A DNA stretch of 36,646 nt from Candidatus Heimdallarchaeota archaeon. GTDB taxonomy: Archaea; Asgardarchaeota; Heimdallarchaeia; Heimdallarchaeales; Heimdallarchaeaceae. Both the position numbers and the translations under genes were made by a program. Below the pieces are notes generated by a model, which was not told the DNA's origin, searched no databases, and saw only the letters and a program-made list of their open reading frames with translations. The stretch lies in the NCBI GenBank assembly GCA_019057375.1, contig DXJF01000021.1, positions 1 to 36,646 on the forward strand. The letters are read 5' to 3'. This document shows, in pieces, positions 17,347 through 26,339 of the stretch (within the stretch, counting starts at the first letter, position 1; every line of letters begins with the position of its first letter).

Positions 17347-18192
17347 TTAAGTTTTGTTTATTTTCTTTCTTCGTAAGGTTATGACTCCAAAAGTAATCAA
17401 TACAGGAATTCCTGCAATCCATCCAAAAGGAGCAGCAACTAGTATATTTTCATCTGTAACTTCTAACAGAATTTCAGCTTCATCTACATCTGCATCGGAT
17501 TTCAATCTAAATTTTAATTCGTATGAACTAAGTACTCCCCATTCTTTATTATATGTCACTGTCGCTTCTTCATCAATCTCTGTATTTCCGCCAAAGAAAC
17601 CACTGTATTTCACATGAACTTCTGTATTAATCGAAAATATATCATCATTGTTAGTAATTTGATATTTTGCTCCTGGAATAGACATTTCATAGGGTAGGTA
17701 AACTTCGTACAAATAGTCAAAAGTACTGGTTACGGATCCATTTGCAAGAATAGTTTGTGGATATATGAATCTGACTGGAAAATAAGCTATATTCGGTTTT
17801 ATTGCATTAAAATTAATCAGACTGGCATCATCTCCTAATAAATCTGAATTTAGTCGAAATTCTGCCCAAGTTTCAGTCGTAGTGAATAAATCCTCATAAT
17901 TAGCTAAAACCAGATTGTCTGGATCTTCTAGGAATTTTATCTTGAAAATATCTCCTTGAGTCATATTAGTTCCTGAATTAATTTCCCAAATAAAGTCCTC
18001 GGGAGCACCATACCCAGATACATAAAATGTTTTCATTTCCCAAGATAGTTCAAATGGTGCTACAAGATTATCATTATATGTGAAATCGTCTATCCCAATA
18101 GCATTAACAAAGTTTTGGCCATAGCTAAGTGAAAATAAAACTACTATCAGTGATATCGATAAAACTGCTATTTTCCTTTTATTTATTTTTAA
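17347..18192 (-). CDS. Surface protein paralog A (signal peptide, C-terminal PFGW-TM-basic anchor); lacks canonical start
   Basis: The frame stays open 52 codons upstream of ATG 18036, giving LKINKRKIAVLSISLIVVLFSLSYGQNFVNA, which matches paralog B. Only ACG/TTA/ATA lie at the expected start. Confidence 0.7.
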   Translation of the reverse strand, partial: LKINKRKIAVLSISLIVVLFSLSYGQNFVNAIGIDDFTYNDNLVAPFELSWEMKTFYVSGYGAPEDFIWEINSGTNMTQGDIFKIKFLEDPDNLVLANYEDLFTTTETWAEFRLNSDLLGDDASLINFNAIKPNIAYFPVRFIYPQTILANGSVTSTFDYLYEVYLPYEMSIPGAKYQITNNDDIFSINTEVHVKYSGFFGGNTEIDEEATVTYNKEWGVLSSYELKFRLKSDADVDEAEILLEVTDENILVAAPFGWIAGIPVLITFGVITLRRKKINKT

Positions 18193-18319
18193 CGCCTCCG
18201 TGCTTGCTAAAGAATGCGTTTACACTCGAAACTATATAAATTCTCTGTCTAGAAGTTAGAACACAGTAAAATAAAGTGTTAATCAAAGATAATAAGGGAA
18301 TAATTAATACTTTGACAAA

Positions 18320-18445
18320 TTAATCATTACTCGTCCTTCTTTTTTCAATCGGAATATCATAAGTATAGGGTTTTCTATGAAGTAAAATTACTAAACCTAG
18401 AATAAGACTGAATAATGTAAGTAAGGCTATGTAATAATTATTCAT
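18320..18445 (-). other. Small single-TM ORF (41 aa) or C-terminal relic of an anchored protein
   Basis: ATG 18445 gives MNNYYIALLTLFSLILGLVILLHRKPYTYDIPIEKRRTSND; the frame is open further upstream without a start. Confidence 0.4.
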
Positions 18446-18565
18446 GAAAACCCAATCAGAATGAGTTGTTGCTGGAACTGCTATGAAATATGGCTTATAT
18501 CCTCTCTCATATCCCTTTGTTTAGTTCTAACCAAAAGAAAGAATGTGAATTTGATTTACAATATC

Positions 18566-19408
18566 TTAAGCATTGTTTCTTTTCTTTCTTCGTAAGGTAA
18601 TAACTCCAAATGCAATTAGTACAGGAATTCCCGCAATCCATCCAAAAGGCGTTACTTTTATATCCTCGTCAGTTATTTCTAACAATATCTCAACTTTTTC
18701 TACATCTGAATTAGTTGTCCTAGATAAGTATAATTCATATGAACTAAGTACTCCCCATTCTTTGTTATATATCACTTTAACCTCTTGAGTGATATCTGAT
18801 TCTTCATCTCCAACAGTTATTATCAAATGAAAACTTGCTTCTATTGAAAATAATTTTGCTTTATTAGTTAATTTATACTTCATTCCCAGCAAAGAGAATT
18901 CAAATTCTTTCAATTCATCATATAAGTAATCAAAAGTACTGATTTCAGATCCTCCTACTTGAACAGTTTGTGGATAAATGAATTTTACTGGAAGGTTTTC
19001 TTGAAATACATCTATATCATTAAAACCAATCAAACTAGCATCATCTCCTAGTAAATCTGAATTTAAATAAAATTCTGCCCAAGTTTCAGTCGTAGTGTAT
19101 AAATCCTCATAATTAGCTAAAGCTAAATTGTCTAGATCTTCTAGGAATTTTATCTTGAAAATATCTCCTTGTGTCACGTTAATTTCTGAAGTTATTTCCC
19201 AAATCCAGTCTTCTGGAGTATCATAGACTATATAAAATGTTGTCATAACCCATGATAATTCTAAGGGAGCTTCAAGATTGTTATTATATGTGAAATCTTC
19301 TACATTGTTAGCAATAACAAAGTTTTGGCCATAATTAATTGAAACTAAAATGGCTATCAGAGTCATTGATAAAACTATGTTTTTTTTATTAATTTTCAAA
19401 CACCTCAT
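18566..19408 (-). CDS. Surface protein paralog B (signal peptide, C-terminal PFGW-TM-basic anchor)
   Basis: 280-aa ORF; long identical blocks with paralog A (TQGDIFKIKFLED, WAEF.LNSDLLGDDASLI, YNKEWGVLSSYEL, PFGWIAGIPVLI). Confidence 0.88.
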   Translation of the reverse strand: MRCLKINKKNIVLSMTLIAILVSINYGQNFVIANNVEDFTYNNNLEAPLELSWVMTTFYIVYDTPEDWIWEITSEINVTQGDIFKIKFLEDLDNLALANYEDLYTTTETWAEFYLNSDLLGDDASLIGFNDIDVFQENLPVKFIYPQTVQVGGSEISTFDYLYDELKEFEFSLLGMKYKLTNKAKLFSIEASFHLIITVGDEESDITQEVKVIYNKEWGVLSSYELYLSRTTNSDVEKVEILLEITDEDIKVTPFGWIAGIPVLIAFGVITLRRKKRNNA

Positions 19409-19504
19409 TGTTTTCTAAAATATGTGTTAACATTCATTTGTATATAAACACTAGGTCTAGAAGTCATCCACAAAAAAAATATAGTACTAATCATAGTTAA
19501 ATCC

Positions 19505-19966
19505 ATGGAAATAATAGTTAAGCCAATTGGTTTCATTGAATCTCCTTTCAATGAATCAGAAAAAGTCCCAATTCAACCCGGTTTCTCTGAATCTTATGGA
19601 ACTGTAGTTATTGATATGGAATATATTGAGGGACTTGAAGAGATTGATGGTTTTTCTCACATCATTTTGCTTTACTATTTTGATAGAGCAGAGAATGTTG
19701 ACCTGAAAGTTACTCCTTATCTAGATGCAAACCCTAAAGGAATTTTCGCAATTCGCCATCCTAACAGACCCAATAAAATAGGTTTTTCTATTGTTCAGTT
19801 AGTAAGTGTTGAAAAAAACAAACTTCTCGTCAAAGGTATAGATGTTCTGAATAATACTCCTTTGCTAGATATCAAACCTTTTGTACCTGAATTTGATATC
19901 AAGGGTATCAGTGATACTCGAATAGGTTGGTTATCTGAAAGATTACGAAAAGAAGAAGGTGAATGA
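19505..19966 (+). CDS. trmO: tRNA m6t6A37 methyltransferase TrmO (TsaA family)
   Basis: IGFIESPF, FSHIILLYYF, GIFA.R.P.RPN.IG, D..NNTPLLDIKP. Confidence 0.9.
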   Translation: MEIIVKPIGFIESPFNESEKVPIQPGFSESYGTVVIDMEYIEGLEEIDGFSHIILLYYFDRAENVDLKVTPYLDANPKGIFAIRHPNRPNKIGFSIVQLVSVEKNKLLVKGIDVLNNTPLLDIKPFVPEFDIKGISDTRIGWLSERLRKEEGE

Positions 19967-21053
19967 CATTCCTAAGATAGATTGTGCTGTTATTCTTGCT
20001 GGAGGTAAAGGCACTCGTTTAAGGCCATTAACAACTAACAAGCCCAAACCCTTGATTCCCGTCACTCTTACGCCAATGATTGACTTTACAATAAAACAAA
20101 TCACAGATGCGGGGATCTCAAAAATCATCGTTGCTGTGAAATATCTGGGAGAACAAATCATTGATTATTTGAATAATTCTTCTAAATTTTCTAATTTAGA
20201 GATTATTATTCCAGATATAGATCCAATTGGAACAGCTGATGCAGTTAGAAATGTTTCAGATATTATTGAAGGCGATTTTGTAGTATCAATGGCAGATATA
20301 GTTTGTGATCTTTCGATTAGTAGGATGCAGAAGTTTTTCTATTCAACCAATGCTTATGCAACAATCAGCTTGAAGAATATAGATTTTCCCACAAAGAAAT
20401 TTGGAGTTATACTTCTTGATGAAGAGCAAAATATAGAGATATTTTTAGAAAAACCCAAACCAGAAGAGATGTTATTCACAACAATGGCTTTTGCTTATCG
20501 ACATGTAGCAGAATTCCATCAAAACTTGGTTAATACGGGAATATATTTTTTTAAACATAGGGCTCTAGAAATTTTAGATAATTTCAAAGATATTGTAGAT
20601 TTTGGGCAAGATATGTTTCCTTATCTTCTTCAAGAAAAATTCAAACTAAATGGATATGTGGGCGATTTTTATTGGATCGACGCGGGTAATGTTAAAAGTT
20701 ATCTGTGGGCTAACTATGACGTTTTAAGAGGTTTTGTCTCCAATTATTCACCCCCAGGAAAGAATAAGCAAGGTATATGGATGGGGGAAAATATAGCAAT
20801 TGACGAAACTGCAAAAATTATTCCTCCTGTTGTGATTGATGATAATGTAGAGATTTCTAAGAATTCTATAATAGGACCATTTTCAGTTCTACATAAAGAT
20901 GTAAAATTAAGAGAAAATATTACAGTTGAACGTAGTATAATTTGGGAAAATTCTGTGATAAATAATAATGTTTTCATTAAGAATTCTGTTGTTTGTGATA
21001 ATGTTGAAATTGAGGAAAACAGAAAGATAATTAAGTATTCAGCAATTAGCTGA
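19959..21053 (+). CDS. Sugar-phosphate nucleotidyltransferase (NDP-sugar synthase) with left-handed beta-helix
   Basis: LAGGKGTRLRPLT..PKP, GTADA, FLEKP, YWID.G, C-terminal hexapeptide repeats; GTG start overlaps trmO. Confidence 0.93.
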   Translation: MNDIPKIDCAVILAGGKGTRLRPLTTNKPKPLIPVTLTPMIDFTIKQITDAGISKIIVAVKYLGEQIIDYLNNSSKFSNLEIIIPDIDPIGTADAVRNVSDIIEGDFVVSMADIVCDLSISRMQKFFYSTNAYATISLKNIDFPTKKFGVILLDEEQNIEIFLEKPKPEEMLFTTMAFAYRHVAEFHQNLVNTGIYFFKHRALEILDNFKDIVDFGQDMFPYLLQEKFKLNGYVGDFYWIDAGNVKSYLWANYDVLRGFVSNYSPPGKNKQGIWMGENIAIDETAKIIPPVVIDDNVEISKNSIIGPFSVLHKDVKLRENITVERSIIWENSVINNNVFIKNSVVCDNVEIEENRKIIKYSAIS

Positions 21054-21063
21054 TTTAAAAAGA

Positions 21064-21696
21064 TTGATACCTATGGCTTCTAAAGAAAATAATTCAAAGT
21101 TGTTCATAGTTCTGTGTTTAGTTTTTCTACTCTATACTTCTTCTATGGGAATTAGTGCTTCAAACACGAATGTAACCTACTGGGATGTGAACATGGAACT
21201 TGATGATGTTAGCAACTATGAAGGGGTAAGATTGGTTGTGTTTTTCCTTCCGACTTGCCCTAGTTGCATTGATGAATTACTTATTTTAGAACAAATAGAT
21301 GCAAATTTTAATCTAACTATTTTCATGCTGGATGTTTATAAACAACCAACAAATCAAAGACTCATTGATTTTAAGAACAATCACACTTTATCAGATGATT
21401 GGATTATTGGATATTCTACCAGTGAAACTAATTCATTTTTTGATCTATATTCAGTACCTACACTAGTTGTATTAGATGATTTAGGAAGAGTTGGAGCTTT
21501 CATAGAAGGACAAGCAAATTACAGTTTTCTTGAAACAAAAATACTTGATGCAATAAACCACAATACAGACAATTATAATACAGAATATAATGAAGATCCC
21601 TCAAATCAAATAACAACTATTTTCATAATTGTTGGAGTGGGAATAACAGCTGTTGTAACTTATTTTCTTGTAAAAACATTAATAAAAAGAAAGTAG
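21064..21696 (+). CDS. TlpA/redoxin-like thioredoxin-fold protein, exported and C-terminally anchored
   Basis: FFLPTCPSC CxxC, SVPTLVVLD cis-Pro motif, N-terminal signal, C-terminal TM plus KRK. Confidence 0.85.
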   Translation: MIPMASKENNSKLFIVLCLVFLLYTSSMGISASNTNVTYWDVNMELDDVSNYEGVRLVVFFLPTCPSCIDELLILEQIDANFNLTIFMLDVYKQPTNQRLIDFKNNHTLSDDWIIGYSTSETNSFFDLYSVPTLVVLDDLGRVGAFIEGQANYSFLETKILDAINHNTDNYNTEYNEDPSNQITTIFIIVGVGITAVVTYFLVKTLIKRK

Positions 21697-21701
21697 ATAA
21701 A

Positions 21702-22613
21702 TTAACTTTCCACTTCTTTTCCACAATTAGAACATTTTTTTACGTTGTCATAAATTACTAATCCACAATCGCTGCAGAATACAGATTCAGTAGGTTTGAA
21801 GGAAGTATCTGTAGGATCATCCAAATCATCAAAATAGTTTAATGTTGGACCTTCGAAAGGTTTACTCTCTCCTTTTTCTTTTTCATCAAGATTTTGCAAT
21901 AGCTGTGCTCTATTGACTCTTCTACTATCTCCCCAGAGAACTATGAAAAATCCTACAGCTACCACAGCTGAGATATAGGTCATAACTACCTCAGAATAAG
22001 CCATAAACAAATAAGGATTAATTGTTAAGAGAGGTACCATAAATAACATGATGAATGATGCTAAATATCTGATAGCTGGATTCAAAGAAAACAAAGAGTA
22101 GAACACACTCTCTCCAGTACTTATTTTTTTGTATCTGCCTATTGTATTAATTAAATTTTTAACTATATTCATACCATAAAAGTGTGCAACTATCATTAAC
22201 ATAAATGGAACAGTGAGATCACTCTGATGACTATAACTAAGATCTTTTTGTAATACCATAAGAGCTTCATAGAGACCTAGAGCAAAAGCTGTTACTAGTA
22301 AAGCAAAAATGGCATTTCTTGCTTTCTTTTTATTTTCCAATCCAATATTACAATTTCTCCATTGAAGAACCTGAATGGCTATTAGTATAAACATGATGGC
22401 ATAAAAAACTGAATCTGCAATTCGCCAGAAATCCATAACTTCTTCAGAAAAAATTGGTTCTCCTGTCTGATCTTCGTAGAAAAATATGAACAAAATCCTA
22501 TTAATCATTTCGATGATATAATATAACATCATACCAAAACAAGCAAGTTTTATCCAAAAGAATGAAAATCTTTCTTCTCCATGAACTTTGATAGGATATC
22601 TGTTGTTTATCAT
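21702..22613 (-). CDS. Multi-pass membrane protein with C-terminal zinc ribbon
   Basis: About 6 TM segments, then an acidic linker and CSDC-x10-CSNC. Confidence 0.75.
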   Translation of the reverse strand: MINNRYPIKVHGEERFSFFWIKLACFGMMLYYIIEMINRILFIFFYEDQTGEPIFSEEVMDFWRIADSVFYAIMFILIAIQVLQWRNCNIGLENKKKARNAIFALLVTAFALGLYEALMVLQKDLSYSHQSDLTVPFMLMIVAHFYGMNIVKNLINTIGRYKKISTGESVFYSLFSLNPAIRYLASFIMLFMVPLLTINPYLFMAYSEVVMTYISAVVAVGFFIVLWGDSRRVNRAQLLQNLDEKEKGESKPFEGPTLNYFDDLDDPTDTSFKPTESVFCSDCGLVIYDNVKKCSNCGKEVES

Positions 22614-22655
22614 ATCTGATAACCAATGAAAGAAAAGTTGACGTATTTATTTACT

Positions 22656-24137
22656 TTACTTAATCTGTCTCTTCTGATCTTTTTTGATTTCCTTTGCAGA
22701 TTTCTTGTCTTCTGCAGCTTTTTCTTCAACTGGTAATTGTTTAGGAATCGGAATGGTTTCTGTATCAGTGGGTTTCCCAATATATCCTTTAGCATCTTTG
22801 ACAATGCCTTCAGCTTTTGTCTCAATTGTTTTTACCTTTGGTTTCATGTCAGATTTAGTTTCTATTGGTTCTACCAGGGGTTCCAAAGTTGGTATAGTTT
22901 TAATGGGTTCAATATCTTGTTTGACAGAATCTTTAGTTACAATTGAATCAAAATCAGGCTTAACTGAAGTAGTAGACTCAAGGGCTTGAGATTTAACCTC
23001 TATTCCTGTTGAATCCTCCCCTACAGAATCAATTTCATCTTTGAACTTTATCCCTTCTTCGTGCTGAAGTTGAATTCCTTTTTCGATTTTCTTCTTTAGT
23101 TCTTCTTTATCAGTAATTTCTTTTGCAACAGTTTTGCTAATTATTTTAACCTCACCAATGTCATAGGAAAGTTGAAGTTTACTAGCAATCTGAGGAATTA
23201 AATTCTGGTAAAGTTTGTTTGAACCTTCTTTCCATTTTACCACTTCATTTTCTGCATCATAATCAAAATTCATATCTGACTTGCAGAATTTCTGAAGGGT
23301 AGACGATATGGTATTTGATGCTAACTCTATAGTTCCCCTTTTTGGGTTATCAGTTAATCCTAATTCAAAAATAAATTTAATATGTTTATCGTCTAAATTA
23401 GATGTAAATGCTAATAGAGAAATTATTGTTACTATTATCCCAATAGGCATGACATAGTCTGGAAATATAGTTGTAACTGGTATTGATAATGCAATAAGTA
23501 CAATACCTGTTAGAATACCAATTATCTTAAGGAAAAGAAAAACTATGCTTTCTTTAACATAAGAATAAGGACCAAAAAGGGAGTAAAAAATCCAGTAGTT
23601 TAATGATTGAGGGTTGATATAAGATTTTGATGACATTCCAAGATAGTTGCTTCTTTCAATCTGGTTTTGTTTTTCAATTTCTCGTATTTGGGAAAACTCA
23701 AAATGATCTGAAGCATAGACTTCCTTCTTATCATAAATCAATAATTGAAAATAATTCTTTCCTTGTTTTATTGAACTCTTAAAAGATATATCTCTGAACC
23801 AGACTTCCTCAGGTTGAATAGTAATAGTTTCAACTTTTCTGGTTTTTTCACGCTTATGAAGGTCACTAAACCATCCAACAATTGAATATCGGATAGATAA
23901 AGTGATGGGTTGACTTTCATTATTTGTTATGAAAACTCGAACAATTCCTTTTTTGTCTTCAGGTATTTGATCAATTATTGGTAGCATAATAAAAGATATA
24001 GCATCAACTGATTCCATTTCTATATTGTGTCTGAGATCTTTGTCTAATTCACTATAGTGAATGAATTTGGATACAAATTTTGAAGCAAATATAGGATTCT
24101 CAAGAATTTCATTAGTCATGTTGTTCAATAAAACCAT
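22656..24137 (-). CDS. Membrane protein: N-terminal beta-rich domain, 2 TM, charged low-complexity tail
   Basis: 493-aa ORF; alternating beta-strand pattern before the TM pair; P/K/E/T-rich tail. Confidence 0.7.
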   Translation of the reverse strand: MVLLNNMTNEILENPIFASKFVSKFIHYSELDKDLRHNIEMESVDAISFIMLPIIDQIPEDKKGIVRVFITNNESQPITLSIRYSIVGWFSDLHKREKTRKVETITIQPEEVWFRDISFKSSIKQGKNYFQLLIYDKKEVYASDHFEFSQIREIEKQNQIERSNYLGMSSKSYINPQSLNYWIFYSLFGPYSYVKESIVFLFLKIIGILTGIVLIALSIPVTTIFPDYVMPIGIIVTIISLLAFTSNLDDKHIKFIFELGLTDNPKRGTIELASNTISSTLQKFCKSDMNFDYDAENEVVKWKEGSNKLYQNLIPQIASKLQLSYDIGEVKIISKTVAKEITDKEELKKKIEKGIQLQHEEGIKFKDEIDSVGEDSTGIEVKSQALESTTSVKPDFDSIVTKDSVKQDIEPIKTIPTLEPLVEPIETKSDMKPKVKTIETKAEGIVKDAKGYIGKPTDTETIPIPKQLPVEEKAAEDKKSAKEIKKDQKRQIK

Positions 24138-24263
24138 TAATTTAAACTATAAAAAAACTTCCCCAAGATGCAATGAAATCTGTCAATTTTAGTCTTGATA
24201 ATTGTGCTAGTACTGTAAGAATGTTTAAAAAATATTTATCCAATATCTATCTTGTGAGATAGT

Positions 24264-26300
24264 TTGAAATCAGATGATTTTGATTTACCTAATGAGTTCT
24301 CTAGATTTGATAAATTCATCAAATCTGATTTTGAACAATTCTTTCCAGTTTTTCAAAAGTATCAAGAAATGCAGTATAGCTCTTTTCAGTCATTAGTTTA
24401 TGCATCTGATGATTTAGCTAATACTCCAAGTATTCCTGAGTTTTCACGTATTAATTATACTCAAATTGCAATGATAGGGTATTTTCTACTCTCACAATTC
24501 AAAAAAGTACTAACTTTTCCTATCCCTGAAGATAATTTTGAAGCTATGTATTTCAGAATGAAATCAGCTAAATTTACAGGAGATAGGGAGGTGGTTTCTG
24601 CACTGATAGCAAACACAATTGCTTTGATGGTTGAACTTAAGAAGACAGATTCTTCTATGCATAAAGCATTTTCAGTCATATTATCAATAGAAATAGCTTC
24701 TATGAATTCTGATGTTCAGACCGTTCAACAATATTCCAAGGTTTTCCGTTCAAATCTTTTTGATACAGTCCTGATCGAAAAATATCCTCTTCTTACACTT
24801 CAAGTTGTTAGTGATTTAGCATATAGAGAATTCCGAACAGGAGATGAAGCTTATTCTGGTTGGTTGGAAATCTACAAAGAACTTGCTGAAGCCTTGAATA
24901 TGGATACAAAAAGATTGGATTGTTATACAATGTTAGGCGGTCTTTATAGATTCAAAGGTTATTTAGAAGAAGCTTCAGAATATTATGGTAAAGCTATACT
25001 GATTGCTGAAAAAATAGGTAATAAGGAATTTATTGCATCACTCATTGCTAATATGGCTGATCTAGAACATACAAGAGGGAACTTAGAAAAAGCTCTTTCA
25101 TTATGTCAAGAAGCTCTCAAAGATCCCGAGATTTCTCAATCCAAACCTACGATTTATGTTAATATTGCTGAAGTTCTTATTAAACAAGAAAAGTATGGAG
25201 AAGCTTTGGAATATTTGGACAAGGCTCAGAATCTAACAAATAGAAATTCACCAATTGTAAATCTTCTTTATGGATATTCTCTCACAAAAATTCCTGGCAA
25301 AGGTAATTTACAAGAAGGGATTAAATATCTCGAAAAAGGAGGAAATCTAAGTGAAAAAACTAAAAATCAAAGATGGCTAACTACCTATTATTATTACATG
25401 GGCAGAACTTATCTTGATACCTATGATTTATCTTCCTCAATTGAATCTTTTAAAAAATGCTATGAATTAGCTATTATAAGTGAGTTCCAATACGTTGTTC
25501 TATCGCAATTATATCTAGCGGAAGCTTATCTCCACAGATACAAGATTTCACAATCAGACGCAGATTTAACAAACTCTGAAAGATATTTGGCGAATGTTAT
25601 TTCCATCTGCCAAGAACAAGATTTACCCATTCTAGCTGAAGTTCTCTACATTAGTGGACAACTTTTAGTAGCATTAAATGAATTTGTAGATGCTGAGTAT
25701 GTCTTTGAACAAGCTAGAGATTTGGCAGAGAAAAATGCGAATTTTCCATTAATTGAAAAATGTGCAAATAGTGTTTTGATGATTCAATCAAATGAAATAG
25801 AAAGGCCTATGGTCATTATCCATGAAATAACAGATGTAATTAATGATCTTGCTAAACATTCATACATTAAGAAAACAAAACGTATACCTCAAGTCTATTT
25901 CTTGAACATTTTCACTGCTGAAGGAGCTTATATCTATTCATACTACTTTAACAGACAATTTCCAATAAATGATGTTCTAATTTCTGGGTTAATTTCTGCA
26001 ATAAGAACTATGTCCTCTGAAGTTTTTGGAAGTGGGCTTAGAGGAATAGATTTTGAGGGTAAAAAACTACTGGTGGAGAGTTTTGGTAGATTTTGTGGTA
26101 TTCTTGCTTGTGATAGGGACAGTTTTAATGCAAGAACTAAGCTCTATAATTTTGTACAAAGATTTAATCAGAAATTCGAAGATAACTACAAAAGCATCAA
26201 AGAAGGTGAAATTCTAGAACATTTTCAAAAAGAAGCAGATCTTCTTATAGATATCATCTTTGAAAAATCCGAGAGGGCAATTGTTACTCCACCAAAATAG
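24264..26300 (+). CDS. TPR-repeat protein with C-terminal longin-like domain
   Basis: TPR helices (LGGLYRFKGYLEEA..YY.KA; NMADLEHTRGNLEKAL). The C-terminus G.YIYSYYF...LISGLISAIRTMSSEV...IDFEGKKLLVE has the longin/roadblock pattern common in Asgard proteins. Confidence 0.8.
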   Translation: MKSDDFDLPNEFSRFDKFIKSDFEQFFPVFQKYQEMQYSSFQSLVYASDDLANTPSIPEFSRINYTQIAMIGYFLLSQFKKVLTFPIPEDNFEAMYFRMKSAKFTGDREVVSALIANTIALMVELKKTDSSMHKAFSVILSIEIASMNSDVQTVQQYSKVFRSNLFDTVLIEKYPLLTLQVVSDLAYREFRTGDEAYSGWLEIYKELAEALNMDTKRLDCYTMLGGLYRFKGYLEEASEYYGKAILIAEKIGNKEFIASLIANMADLEHTRGNLEKALSLCQEALKDPEISQSKPTIYVNIAEVLIKQEKYGEALEYLDKAQNLTNRNSPIVNLLYGYSLTKIPGKGNLQEGIKYLEKGGNLSEKTKNQRWLTTYYYYMGRTYLDTYDLSSSIESFKKCYELAIISEFQYVVLSQLYLAEAYLHRYKISQSDADLTNSERYLANVISICQEQDLPILAEVLYISGQLLVALNEFVDAEYVFEQARDLAEKNANFPLIEKCANSVLMIQSNEIERPMVIIHEITDVINDLAKHSYIKKTKRIPQVYFLNIFTAEGAYIYSYYFNRQFPINDVLISGLISAIRTMSSEVFGSGLRGIDFEGKKLLVESFGRFCGILACDRDSFNARTKLYNFVQRFNQKFEDNYKSIKEGEILEHFQKEADLLIDIIFEKSERAIVTPPK

Positions 26301-26339
26301 GAAACATTTTTTATCTGTCCTTTATTTGGAAAATCACTC

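Larger units (their letters stand above)
17347..19465 (-). repeat. Tandem gene duplication including promoter
   Basis: Both copies have TTTATATA boxes (near 18240 and 19447) and share the upstream motif TCTAGAAGT (near 18250 and 19460). Confidence 0.85.
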
